DNA of 32,000 nucleotides from NCBI RefSeq assembly GCF_004102945.1, contig NZ_CP019384.1:1530001-1562000 (forward strand), given 5' to 3'. The notes below the pieces were generated by a model. The model saw only the letters and a list, made by a program, of their open reading frames with translations, was not told the DNA's origin and did not search any database. The stretch's first letter is position 1. Every line of letters begins with the position of its first letter. Position numbers and translations under genes: made by a program. Below, one piece after another: positions 22,801 to 31,353 of the stretch. This stretch comes from Candidatus Velamenicoccus archaeovorus. GTDB taxonomy: Bacteria > Omnitrophota > Gorgyraeia > Velamenicoccales > Velamenicoccaceae.

Positions 22801-23840
22801 TTCCCTTTTGTTTTTTTAACGCAGACCTTCCTGGAACAACGATAACAGATCTCATGCGTCAGAAGGCGACCACGCACGAAATCATCGATATTCTGTAAGG
22901 TGGTGCGGGCGATATTCGTCAGGGCCTCCTGCGTAAAAAACCCCTGGTGCGCCGTCACCAGGACATTGGGAAACGTCAGCAGTCTCGCCAGGACGTCGTC
23001 CGAAATCACATCCGAAGAGAAATCCTCGAAGAAATATTCGTTCTCTTCTTCATAAACATCGAGGCCCGCGTAGCCGACTTTTTTGTTTTTGAGCGCCTCG
23101 ATCAAGGCCCGGGTATCGATCAGCTTGCCGCGGCCCGTATTGACGATCATGACGCCTGTCTTCATCGTCTGGATAGTTTTGGCGTTGATCATACGGTATG
23201 TCTGCCGGGTCAGGGGACAATGCAGTGAGATGACGTCGGATTTTTTATAGAGGGTCTTGAGATCCGTATAGGAAAATCCCGCTTCCGCAGCAAAAGCCTC
23301 GTCCGGACCGGGGTCATAAGCCAAGACATGCATCCCGAAGCCTTTAAGGATCCGGATGAGCTCCCGGCCGATCGCGCCCGTGCCGATGACGCCCGCGGTC
23401 TTGCCGAACATGTCGAATCCCAAAAGCCCCTGAATGGAAAAATTGTTGTCGCGGGTCCTGTGATACGCCCGATGTGTCTTGCGGTTCAAGGCCAGCATCA
23501 ACGCCACGGCATGCTCTGCGACGGCATGCGGCGAATAAGCCGGCACGCGCACGACATGGATTTTGCCGAATGCCGCCCTGAAATCCACGTTGTTATATCC
23601 CGAGGCCCGCAGGGCGATGAGACGGACGCCGTTCCGATGGAGCGCCTTGATGACGTCGGCATTGACGACGTCGTTGACAAAGATACAGACCGTATCGAAG
23701 CCCCGCGTCAAAGCCGTCGTCCCGGGACCGAGATGCTCTTCAAAATAGGTGACAGGAAAACCGAATTTTTTTCCGGCCGCGTCGAAGAATTTCCTGTCGT
23801 AAGGCTTGGTATCGAAAAAAGCGATCCTGGGAGACTTCAT
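22791..23840 (-). CDS. ldhA: D-lactate dehydrogenase (D-isomer-specific 2-hydroxyacid dehydrogenase)
   Basis: It is collinear with enterobacterial LdhA: IAFFDTKPYD..., VCIFVNDVV, LRASGYNNVD, VVRVPAYSPHAVAEHA, GKTAGVIGTGAIG, ISLHCPLT, IVNTGRG.LID and VLVTAHQGFFT. I place the start at ATG 23840 (MKSPRIAFF). The track's extra 36 residues look non-coding. Confidence 0.9.
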   Translation of the reverse strand: MKSPRIAFFDTKPYDRKFFDAAGKKFGFPVTYFEEHLGPGTTALTRGFDTVCIFVNDVVNADVIKALHRNGVRLIALRASGYNNVDFRAAFGKIHVVRVPAYSPHAVAEHAVALMLALNRKTHRAYHRTRDNNFSIQGLLGFDMFGKTAGVIGTGAIGRELIRILKGFGMHVLAYDPGPDEAFAAEAGFSYTDLKTLYKKSDVISLHCPLTRQTYRMINAKTIQTMKTGVMIVNTGRGKLIDTRALIEALKNKKVGYAGLDVYEEENEYFFEDFSSDVISDDVLARLLTFPNVLVTAHQGFFTQEALTNIARTTLQNIDDFVRGRLLTHEICYRCSRKVCVKKTKGKCF

Positions 23841-23994
23841 GGCTTTTCTCTCGACATCTTTAGCTTGGTTTAGGCGCCTGCCTGTCTGGCCTTGCCCTGC
23901 CGAAGGCGAGACAGTCCAAGACAGGCGCGCGCCACCGGGCCGCCTCACCGACCTAAATAAAACATCTTGGAAATTCTCGGCGGCCGCGCTAAAC

Positions 23995-24016
23995 GGTCGG
24001 ACTTATTCGTCCGACC
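23995..24016 (-). terminator. candidate terminator hairpin after the amidase gene
   Basis: The minus strand reads GGTCGGAC-gaataa-GTCCGACC (8-bp stem) followed by a weak GTTTAGCG tail, 12 nt after the stop at 24028. Confidence 0.4.
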
Positions 24017-24027
24017 AGCGCCCTTCG

Positions 24028-24807
24028 TTACTCGCCTTTCCTGAGCCGCTCTTTGAATTCATGCCACGGGAAGCTGTTGCCGGGACACTCGGTCCTGGCG
24101 CCGGAAGCGTCCTTGTGCCGGATGACGCGCGACAACGGTATGCGATAATAATTCCTCAGGGTCTCGACGAGCAGAACGAGGGAATCCATCTGCGCCTTTG
24201 TGGGCTGCTCGTGTGTGAAGTCGCCGACAAGACAGATGCCGATGCCGCATTGGTTCATGCCCCCGGCCTTGCAGTGCGCGCCGTCCATCTGTTTGATCCA
24301 GCGTGGCGAAGCCTCGATCTGTCCGTCCCGCCGCGTCCTGGTGCCGTTATCGATCACAAAATCGTATCCCAAACCTCTGTCGAACCCGCGGCGGCGGTGG
24401 ATTCTGTCGAGGGACGTCGCATCGCCGTCATCGGTCACGCTGTGATGGATCACGATATATTTCCACTTCGACGACTTAAACAGAGGAATAACAGGCCGCA
24501 GAGGCGCGGCGCCGGGGATCAGAATCTTCTGGCCGATCTTGAGGCTGCGCGGGTCGGTGATGTGATTGGCTCTCAAGATGGCGTCCGCAGGAACATCATA
24601 CATCCGGCCGATACGGTAAACCGTCTCCGCAGGGCCGATGACATGATACAGGTCCTGACGCGGGCCGGCCTCGAAAACGGGCTTGTAGACCATCTCTGTC
24701 GACGGAGGAACAGTCGCGCAGGAGGACAAAATCAGCGCCAGGCCGGCACAGACACATCCATAGAAGAGGGAATATAAAGAAGAAAAACGGGTCCGTATGC
24801 GCATCAT
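24028..24807 (-). CDS. lipoprotein with LysM domain and N-acetylmuramoyl-L-alanine amidase (Amidase_2/PGRP) domain
   Basis: 259 aa. It has a lipobox-like LILSSC, a LysM domain (YHVIGPAETVYRIGRMYDVPADAILRANHI....LKIGQKILIP) and an amidase_2 pattern (IVIHHS.T...........HR.RGF..LGYDFVI...G). Confidence 0.8.
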   Translation of the reverse strand: MMRIRTRFSSLYSLFYGCVCAGLALILSSCATVPPSTEMVYKPVFEAGPRQDLYHVIGPAETVYRIGRMYDVPADAILRANHITDPRSLKIGQKILIPGAAPLRPVIPLFKSSKWKYIVIHHSVTDDGDATSLDRIHRRRGFDRGLGYDFVIDNGTRTRRDGQIEASPRWIKQMDGAHCKAGGMNQCGIGICLVGDFTHEQPTKAQMDSLVLLVETLRNYYRIPLSRVIRHKDASGARTECPGNSFPWHEFKERLRKGE

Positions 24808-25076
24808 ATCTTATCGAAGAACAAAAGAATACCCATGACCACAAAAATAAAGCCGCCCGCCATCTTCAGCCATTCGGGTTTAAGGAACCGCGACAAAATA
24901 GCCCCCAAAAAGACGGAGATCGCCGTCACCACGATGTAGGCGCTGACAGAACCCAGCCAGACCACCCAGGGCCTCTGGGATTTTGCAGCCATGGTCAGGC
25001 CGACCATCTGGGTCTTGTCCGCCATCTCGGCAAAAAAGATAGCGCTGAATGTCGCCAGAAATATCTTCCAATCCAT
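24804..25076 (-). CDS. UPF0016 / GDT1-TMEM165 family cation transporter, single-repeat form
   Basis: 90 aa with 3 TM segments and the family signature E-x-G/A-D-K-T (FFAEMADKTQ). It overlaps the amidase start by 4 nt. Confidence 0.75.
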   Translation of the reverse strand: MDWKIFLATFSAIFFAEMADKTQMVGLTMAAKSQRPWVVWLGSVSAYIVVTAISVFLGAILSRFLKPEWLKMAGGFIFVVMGILLFFDKI

Positions 25077-25130
25077 ACGTAACCTCGTTTTTTAAGAAAC
25101 AGGAAAAACGCGGGTCCTTCCTCTAAAGAT

Positions 25131-25871
25131 TTATTTGCGTTTCCCGATCACTTTTTCCTTCAGCGGATATTTACCGCAGGAAAAGGCCTCCCCTTCTGGG
25201 CAATATCCCAAGGCGTCGCACTTGGCCCCCGCGTCGACAAAGACCTCCGGCAGCTTCTGGCGGCAGATCTTGAGCATCTCGTCGCCCAGCCGCTTGATCT
25301 CCCACTGCGCGCGTTGACAACAGCGCTGATGGAAAAAATGGATCAGCTCGCGGCAATTCATGGTAACGACGATCTTGGTCTCCGCCGCCTGGGGCAGGAC
25401 AAAGCGCACGTCCTGGTTGGCGTTCTGCCCCACCTTGCCTTTTTTATTGAAGGCCTCCAGCAGCCTGTTATAGCTCGACTGGATCATCTCCATGGTCTTG
25501 AGAAATTCCGCTTTCAGAGACGCATCCTGCTCGATGGAGGGCGGGATGACATAATCGAAATTTGTCTCTTTCACATAACGCTGGCTCTGCTGGGAAAAAG
25601 AAGCGATCCTGTGGCGTACCAGCTGGTGCGTCAGCGCGCGCGACACGCCTTCGATCGCGAAGGTGAATTTCACGTGCTCCAGCGGACTTTCGTGTCCCGA
25701 GGCGACGACCTTGCGGATGAACGCCGCCTGCTTCTTCGGGTCCTCCTCCTTCTCGTCGAACAGCTCGCCGGCAAAACGAGGAGAATAACACTGACGGCAG
25801 GCGGCGTAGATCAGGGCCACGGGATGCTGCGACATTTCCAACAGGCGGACATTCAATTGGACCTGAGGCAT
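25131..25871 (-). CDS. thyX: FAD-dependent thymidylate synthase
   Basis: 246 aa with the ThyX motif RHRIASFSQQSQRY and the upstream ESPLEHV.FTF. Confidence 0.93.
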   Translation of the reverse strand: MPQVQLNVRLLEMSQHPVALIYAACRQCYSPRFAGELFDEKEEDPKKQAAFIRKVVASGHESPLEHVKFTFAIEGVSRALTHQLVRHRIASFSQQSQRYVKETNFDYVIPPSIEQDASLKAEFLKTMEMIQSSYNRLLEAFNKKGKVGQNANQDVRFVLPQAAETKIVVTMNCRELIHFFHQRCCQRAQWEIKRLGDEMLKICRQKLPEVFVDAGAKCDALGYCPEGEAFSCGKYPLKEKVIGKRK

Positions 25872-25918
25872 AGATCAAGACTCCTTTTCTGAAAAGAAAT
25901 TCTGCGTTTCGTTGTCCT

Positions 25919-25947
25919 ATCATAGCAAACAATGCCAAGCCTGTGAA
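25919..25947 (-). promoter_or_regulatory. extended -10 promoter of thyX
   Basis: The minus strand reads TTCACA (25947->25942), a 17-nt spacer ending tTGc, then TATGAT (25924->25919). SD AAGGAGT lies 8-9 nt before ATG 25871. Confidence 0.5.
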
Positions 25948-25959
25948 AAGATTTTTTAT

Positions 25960-25987
25960 TTGCCAACCCCCCGGTCTTTGATATAAT
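25960..25987 (+). promoter_or_regulatory. extended -10 promoter of the gcv operon
   Basis: TTGCCA (25960-25965), a 16-nt spacer ending tTGa, then TATAAT (25982-25987). Confidence 0.55.
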
Positions 25988-26064
25988 ACAGATACAACTT
26001 GGTAACAAAAGCTTCTGGCGACATGGAATCAACCATGAGGAAGCGTATTTGAAAGAAAATCGTG

Positions 26065-26093
26065 AGCCTGGGTTTTCGTAACCAGGCTTTTTT
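26065..26093 (+). terminator. intrinsic terminator inside the gcvT 5' leader (attenuator candidate)
   Basis: AGCCTGG (26065-26071) pairs with CCAGGCT (26082-26088). The stem is extendable to CCTGGGTT/AACCAGG and is followed by the run TTTTTT ATT. It lies 55 nt upstream of ATG 26149. Confidence 0.6.
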
Positions 26094-26096
26094 ATT

Positions 26097-26137
26097 GCCG
26101 CAGAAAGCGGCGCACTGGCCCATCCAATTGGGCCAGG
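26097..26137 (+). repeat. S-module hairpins of the mosaic repeat family, plus-strand copy in the gcvT leader
   Basis: GCCGC-agaaa-GCGGC (26097-26111) and CTGGCCC-atccaatt-GGGCCAG (26115-26136). This is the reverse complement of the arrangement at 20372-20413 and 22171-22256. Confidence 0.8.
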
Positions 26138-26148
26138 TGTAAATAACC

Positions 26149-27237
26149 ATGAATTCAATCCTCTCAACCCCCCTCACAGCCGACCATATCGTCCGCGGCG
26201 CACGCATGGCCCCCTTTGCCGGCTGGAACATGCCTATCCAATATGAAGGCATCATCGCCGAGACCCTGCATACGCGGTCTGCGGTGAGCTGTTTCGACAT
26301 CTGCCACATGGGCGAATTTCTCCTCAAAGGAGACCCGCAGACCTGCGGCCTGGAACGCCTCGTCACGGCGCGGCTGTGCGATATGCCGACGGGAAGCTGC
26401 CGCTACGGCTCCATCCTCAACGAAAAAGGCGGAGTCTTGGACGACCTGATCGTCTACCGCAAGGGGCCGGCGGACTGGATGATCGTCGTCAATGCCGCTA
26501 CCATTGAAAAAGACAAAAAGCATTTCCAGGCACACCTGAAGCCCGGTACGGAATTCCGCGACGTCTCTGCCGAAACCGGCAAGATAGACCTGCAGGGCCC
26601 CCTCTCGCGCGATATCATCAAAACGATCGCGCCAAAGGCGGCAAATCTCGGCTATTACACGTTTTTGGAAACCGAAGTTTTGGGCAGGCCGGGCCTCGTC
26701 AGCCGCACAGGATACACCGGAGAGCTGGGCTATGAGCTTTATCTCCCCTCACAAGAGATCCCGGCGCTCTGGAAAAAGCTTCTGGACGACCCGCGCGTCA
26801 AGCCTGCGGGCCTCGGTGCCCGCGACGTCCTGCGTCTGGAAATGGGCTACAGCCTCTACGGCCAGGACATCGACGAAGAAACAACCCCCCTTGAGGCGGG
26901 CCTCGAAAAATTCGTCGACTTCAAAAAAGATTTCATCGGCAGGGACGCGCTGACATTCAAAAAGAAAACGGGCGTGTCGCGCCGGCGCGTCTATCTGCGC
27001 GCGCTCTCACGCCGCTCTCCCCGGCATGAACATCATATCTTCATCGACGGCGAGAAAAAAGGACTTGTGACCAGCGGCACCTTCTCTCCGCATTTGAACT
27101 GCGGCATCGGCATGGGATTCCTTGATAATGCCCCTGCGGCGCGCGGACTGGATATTTGCGTCGGAGACGACAAAATAAAAATCGAGGCCGTGATCACGGA
27201 CAAACCGTTCGTGAAGCACACATCCCTTAAACGATAA
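26149..27237 (+). CDS. gcvT: glycine cleavage system aminomethyltransferase (T protein)
   Basis: 362 aa. FAGW.MP.QY, SCFDICHMGE, RTGYTGE.GYE and GLGARD.LRLE. Confidence 0.95.
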   Translation: MNSILSTPLTADHIVRGARMAPFAGWNMPIQYEGIIAETLHTRSAVSCFDICHMGEFLLKGDPQTCGLERLVTARLCDMPTGSCRYGSILNEKGGVLDDLIVYRKGPADWMIVVNAATIEKDKKHFQAHLKPGTEFRDVSAETGKIDLQGPLSRDIIKTIAPKAANLGYYTFLETEVLGRPGLVSRTGYTGELGYELYLPSQEIPALWKKLLDDPRVKPAGLGARDVLRLEMGYSLYGQDIDEETTPLEAGLEKFVDFKKDFIGRDALTFKKKTGVSRRRVYLRALSRRSPRHEHHIFIDGEKKGLVTSGTFSPHLNCGIGMGFLDNAPAARGLDICVGDDKIKIEAVITDKPFVKHTSLKR

Positions 27238-27247
27238 GGAGCACGCC

Positions 27248-27631
27248 ATGAACATCCCGGACGGACTTTATTTTACGAAAGAACATGAATGGGTCAAGAT
27301 CGAAGGAGCAACAGCCACAGCCGGCATTACGGATTATGCCCAGCATGCCTTGGGCGACGTCACGTTCGTCGAGTTGCCCAAAAAAGGCCAGGGCGTCAAA
27401 CAATTTCAGCTGATGGCGACCATTGAATCCGTTAAGGCGGCCTCGGACATCTACGCGCCCGTCTCGGGGATGATCGCCGAAGCGAACGACACGCTCAATG
27501 CCGATCCCGGCCTCGTCAACCAAGACTGCTACGCCAAAGGATGGATCGCCAAGATCAACCTTGCAGATCCCCAGGAAACCAAGAATTTGCTGGACCCGGC
27601 CGCCTACAAGGCCTATGTCGAAGGATTATAG
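27248..27631 (+). CDS. gcvH: glycine cleavage system H protein
   Basis: 127 aa. YFTKEHEWV, ITDYAQ..LGDV.FVELP and the lipoyl-lysine motif IESVKAASDIYAPVSG. Confidence 0.95.
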   Translation: MNIPDGLYFTKEHEWVKIEGATATAGITDYAQHALGDVTFVELPKKGQGVKQFQLMATIESVKAASDIYAPVSGMIAEANDTLNADPGLVNQDCYAKGWIAKINLADPQETKNLLDPAAYKAYVEGL

Positions 27632-27636
27632 CCCCT

Positions 27637-28977
27637 ATGCCCGATTATATCGCCAACACGGAACGCGATAGCCGAGAGATGCTCGATGCCATCGGCGCGC
27701 CGAACATCGAGGCCCTCTTTGACGTCATCAAGAAAGAACAGCGGCCGCGTTCGTTCAATCTCCCGGAGGGGCTTTCCGAGTTCGAGGTCGCATCCAGGAT
27801 AAAGAACCTCGCGGACAAAAACGCCAAGGACCTCCTCTGCTTTATCGGCGCCGGATTCTATGACCACGAGATCCCCGCCGTCGTCGACCATCTCAGCTCC
27901 CGGAGTGAATTCTATACGGCCTACACCCCCTACCAGCCTGAATGTTCTCAAGGAACCCTGCAGGCGATCTACGAATACCAAAGCGCGATCTGTCGCCTCA
28001 CCGGTATGGAGATCGCCAACGCCTCTCTCTATGATGGGGGCACCGCCCTCTACGAGGCCATGATGATGGCGCGGCGGGCCACGGGACGCAACCGCGTCCT
28101 CGTCGACAACGCGGTCTCGCCCATCTACCGCACCATGCTCACCTGCTACACCAAAAACCTGGAGATCGAATTCGTCGAGATCCCCGTCGTCCACGGCCAG
28201 ACAGACCGCTCCAAAATCAAAGAACACTTGAACGACAAGATCGCCTGTGTCATCCTGCAAAACCCGAACTTCTTCGGCGCCATCGACGACCATGGAGATA
28301 TCGTTGCCGATGCCCATGCCTGCGGCGCACTGGCCATCGCCTCCGTCTATCCCATCAGTCTGGGAATGCTCAAGACGCCGGCGGAATGCGGCTTTGACAT
28401 CGCGACCGGCGAAGGCCAAAGCCTGGGACTCCCCCTGGCGTTCGGAGGGCCTTATCTGGGCTTCATGGCGGTCAAAAAAGAGCTGGCGCGCAAGATGCCG
28501 GGCCGCATCGTCGGCCGCGCCGTCGATACGAACGGCAAAACAGGCTTTGTCCTGACGCTCCAGGCCAGAGAACAGCATATCCGCAGGGAAAAGGCGACAT
28601 CCAACATTTGTTCCAACGAAGCACTCTGCGCCCTGCGCGCCTGTATCTATCTTTCCTGCATCGGCAAAGAGGGGTTGGCGGAGCTGGCAGCCCTGAATTA
28701 CCACAATGCCGAGCACCTCAAGAACCTGCTTTCGAAAATCAAGGGCGTCGAGGTCAAGCGCAGCTCGCCGACGTTCAATGAATTCACAGTGGTCTTGCCT
28801 AAAGACCCACATGCCGTTATCGCCGCCATGCTGGAACGCGGCATCGCCGCAGGATTTCCGCTGGGCCGCTATTACAAAGGCATGGAAAGCTATATGACCG
28901 TTGCCGTCACAGAGAAATACAGAAAGAAAGATCTCGCGCATTACGCCAAAACACTGGAGTCGGTCCTATGGAAATGA
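27637..28977 (+). CDS. gcvPA: glycine dehydrogenase (decarboxylating) subunit 1
   Basis: MPDYIANTERDSREMLDAIG begins at ATG 27637, 6 nt after the gcvH stop. YTPYQPE.SQG.LQ..YE.Q is also present. The track start 27541 would overlap gcvH by 91 nt. Confidence 0.92.
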   Translation: MPDYIANTERDSREMLDAIGAPNIEALFDVIKKEQRPRSFNLPEGLSEFEVASRIKNLADKNAKDLLCFIGAGFYDHEIPAVVDHLSSRSEFYTAYTPYQPECSQGTLQAIYEYQSAICRLTGMEIANASLYDGGTALYEAMMMARRATGRNRVLVDNAVSPIYRTMLTCYTKNLEIEFVEIPVVHGQTDRSKIKEHLNDKIACVILQNPNFFGAIDDHGDIVADAHACGALAIASVYPISLGMLKTPAECGFDIATGEGQSLGLPLAFGGPYLGFMAVKKELARKMPGRIVGRAVDTNGKTGFVLTLQAREQHIRREKATSNICSNEALCALRACIYLSCIGKEGLAELAALNYHNAEHLKNLLSKIKGVEVKRSSPTFNEFTVVLPKDPHAVIAAMLERGIAAGFPLGRYYKGMESYMTVAVTEKYRKKDLAHYAKTLESVLWK

Positions 28978-30410
28978 TCTTCGACAAAAGCCGGCCCGGA
29001 AGACGTTGCACGCGCTTCTCTTGCGCCGACGTGCCTCAGGCCAAGGCGCCGGATGCAAAATTTCTGCGCAGGTCCGCCTGCGAGCTGCCGGAAGTCTCGG
29101 AACTCGATGTCGTGCGCCACTTCACAAACCTTTCGCGGTTGAATTTCTCGGTCGATACTAATTTTTATCCTCTCGGCTCCTGCACCATGAAATACAACCC
29201 GAAGTTCACCGAAGATTTAAGCCGCCTAGAAGGATTCTGCAGGCTCCACCCCATCCTGCCGCAGCTTAAAGGAGGCGCCGCCCGCGTCCAGGGCGCGCTC
29301 GAAGTCCTTTATGAAACGGAATGCTTGCTCTGCGAAATCACCGGCATGGACCACTTCACCCTGCAGCCGGCGGCCGGCGCCCACGGGGAGCTGACGGGCG
29401 TCATGCTCATCGCCGCCTACCACCGTGCCAAAAAGAGAAAACGTAGATATGTCATCATCCCGGATTCCGCGCACGGCACCAATCCGGCCAGCGCAGCGAT
29501 CGCCGGCTACGAGATCATCAACACTCCATCCAATGCCGACGGCACGATGGACCTGGCGGCCCTCGAAGAAAAGCTCAACGACGATGTGGCAGCGATCATG
29601 ATGACCTGCCCCAACACGCTGGGACTCTTTGAAAACCAGATCGATGAAATCGCGCGCCTTGCCCATAAGGTCGACGCCCTCATGTATTACGACGGCGCCA
29701 ACCTCAATGCAATCCTGGGGCATTGCCGGCCGGGCGACCTGGGATTTGACGTCATCCATCTCAACCTTCACAAGACATTCTCAACGCCGCACGGCGGCGG
29801 GGGGCCTGGGGCAGGTCCGGTAGGCGTCAAGAACAAACTGGAGAAATTCCTCCCTGTCTCGCGGGTAAAAAAGAACCATGACGGCACGTTTGCCCTAGAC
29901 TATAACCATCCGGACTCCATCGGCTATCTGGCCCATTTTTACGGCAATTTCCTGGTGATCCTGAAGGCCTATGCCTATATCCTCTACTTGGGACGCGAAG
30001 GGCTCATCCGCACGGCCCGGCATGCGGTCCTCAACGCCAACTATGTCCTGGCCAGGCTTAAAGACCACTATGACACGGCGGCCTCGCGTTGCATGCACGA
30101 ATGTGTCTTGTCTGCCGCCCCCCAGACCGCGCACGGCGTCCATGCGCTTGATATCGCCAAATATCTCATCGACTGCGGCTTCCATCCGCCGACGATCTAC
30201 TTTCCCCTCATCGTCAAAGAAGCCCTTATGATCGAACCGACGGAGACGGAATCCAAAGAAACCCTGGATCATTTTATCGACTGCATGGTCCGCGCCGCCT
30301 GCCTGGCCAAAGAAAATCCGGAAGCCCTTAAAAAAGCGCCTCTCACCACGCCTGTCGCCAGGCTCGATGAAACCAAGGCCGCACGCGAAATGAATTGCGC
30401 CTCTATCTAA
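28968..30410 (+). CDS. gcvPB: glycine dehydrogenase (decarboxylating) subunit 2
   Basis: 480 aa. FYPLGSCTMKYNP, QPAAGA.GE, and HLNLHKTFSTPHGGGGPG (PLP lysine). The start is ATG 28968, or ATG 28974 with an ATGA overlap on the gcvPA stop. Confidence 0.93.
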   Translation: MEMIFDKSRPGRRCTRFSCADVPQAKAPDAKFLRRSACELPEVSELDVVRHFTNLSRLNFSVDTNFYPLGSCTMKYNPKFTEDLSRLEGFCRLHPILPQLKGGAARVQGALEVLYETECLLCEITGMDHFTLQPAAGAHGELTGVMLIAAYHRAKKRKRRYVIIPDSAHGTNPASAAIAGYEIINTPSNADGTMDLAALEEKLNDDVAAIMMTCPNTLGLFENQIDEIARLAHKVDALMYYDGANLNAILGHCRPGDLGFDVIHLNLHKTFSTPHGGGGPGAGPVGVKNKLEKFLPVSRVKKNHDGTFALDYNHPDSIGYLAHFYGNFLVILKAYAYILYLGREGLIRTARHAVLNANYVLARLKDHYDTAASRCMHECVLSAAPQTAHGVHALDIAKYLIDCGFHPPTIYFPLIVKEALMIEPTETESKETLDHFIDCMVRAACLAKENPEALKKAPLTTPVARLDETKAAREMNCASI

Positions 30411-30510
30411 AAGAGGCAACCGGCTTAGGTTGACGGACCAACGAAAAAACATCTCTTAACTCGATCCCCGGCAAACCCATGCGCTCGCTACCCCGCAAAG
30501 CTCTAAACCC

Positions 30511-31353
30511 ATGAAAACCTTCCGCCTGATCACGTCCGGATATGCCGACGCAGCCACGAACATGGCCGTCGACGAAGCGCTTTTTTTCTCCTACAGGCAA
30601 AACGGCAGCCTGCCGATCCTGCGCCTCTATGGTTGGAGACCCGCCGCATTCTCCTTTGGCGTTTCTCAGGACCCCGCAGCACTTTTCAACTTCAAGGCCC
30701 TTGAGGCCTGCGGCACGGCCATGGTACGCCGGCCCACGGGGGGCGGCGCCCTTTTTCATAACGATGAACTGACTTACTGCATTGTAGCCTCGACCGAAGA
30801 CCTGGGATTGGAGACGCGCGGCGTCAAGGCATCCTACGGAAGAATTACGTCCTTTCTGATAGAAGCCTACCGGATCCTCGGCCTAGAAGCCTGCTTTGCC
30901 GGAGACAGCGGCGTTCACGGCATGGATCACAAAATCGCAGACTTATGTTCGAGCCGTAACGAAGAATACGATATCCTCATCGACGGCAGGAAACTCGGGG
31001 GCAGCGCGCAAAAACGCTCCAAAAACATCATCCTCCAACACGGTTCGATCCCTCTAAGCTTCGATCGCCGCCGGCCGGAACCCTGCCTGCGGCACCCCTT
31101 GCCGGATGTCGCAGATTTAAGCACCCTTCTGAAACGGCGTATCGGCGGACATGAAACATCGGAAGCCGTCGTATCGGCTTTTAAATCCCACTTCTGTGCC
31201 GATTTCCTGGATTCAAGGCTGGACCGGAAGGAAGAAAAAATAGCCGCTCTCCTGAAAGACAACAAGTACGCCGGGGCCGGCTGGAATCTCAAAAGAATCG
31301 ACCCAATGACAGAAACCATCCATGCCTATCGAACGCAGGCCGCCATGGCTTAA
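30511..31353 (+). CDS. lipoate-protein ligase A family protein lacking the LplA C-terminal domain (octanoyltransferase LipM-like)
   Basis: 280 aa with only the BPL/LPL catalytic domain. LRLYGW.P.A.S.G..Q, VRRPTGGGA.FH and GRKLGGSAQKR (catalytic Lys). The LipM-type call rests on size and the gcvH/lipA context. Confidence 0.75.
   Translation: MKTFRLITSGYADAATNMAVDEALFFSYRQNGSLPILRLYGWRPAAFSFGVSQDPAALFNFKALEACGTAMVRRPTGGGALFHNDELTYCIVASTEDLGLETRGVKASYGRITSFLIEAYRILGLEACFAGDSGVHGMDHKIADLCSSRNEEYDILIDGRKLGGSAQKRSKNIILQHGSIPLSFDRRRPEPCLRHPLPDVADLSTLLKRRIGGHETSEAVVSAFKSHFCADFLDSRLDRKEEKIAALLKDNKYAGAGWNLKRIDPMTETIHAYRTQAAMA

Noticed and set aside
25988-26064. A canonical glycine riboswitch upstream of gcvT.
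   Set aside because: I looked for the conserved GGAGAG / CCGAAGGrGCAA / CUCUCAGGCAAAAGGAC cores and found only a loose architectural resemblance (CTGGCGAC-hairpin-AGGAAGCG). The segment is also too short (~70 nt) for a tandem aptamer. It is kept as an open question in the findings rather than called.
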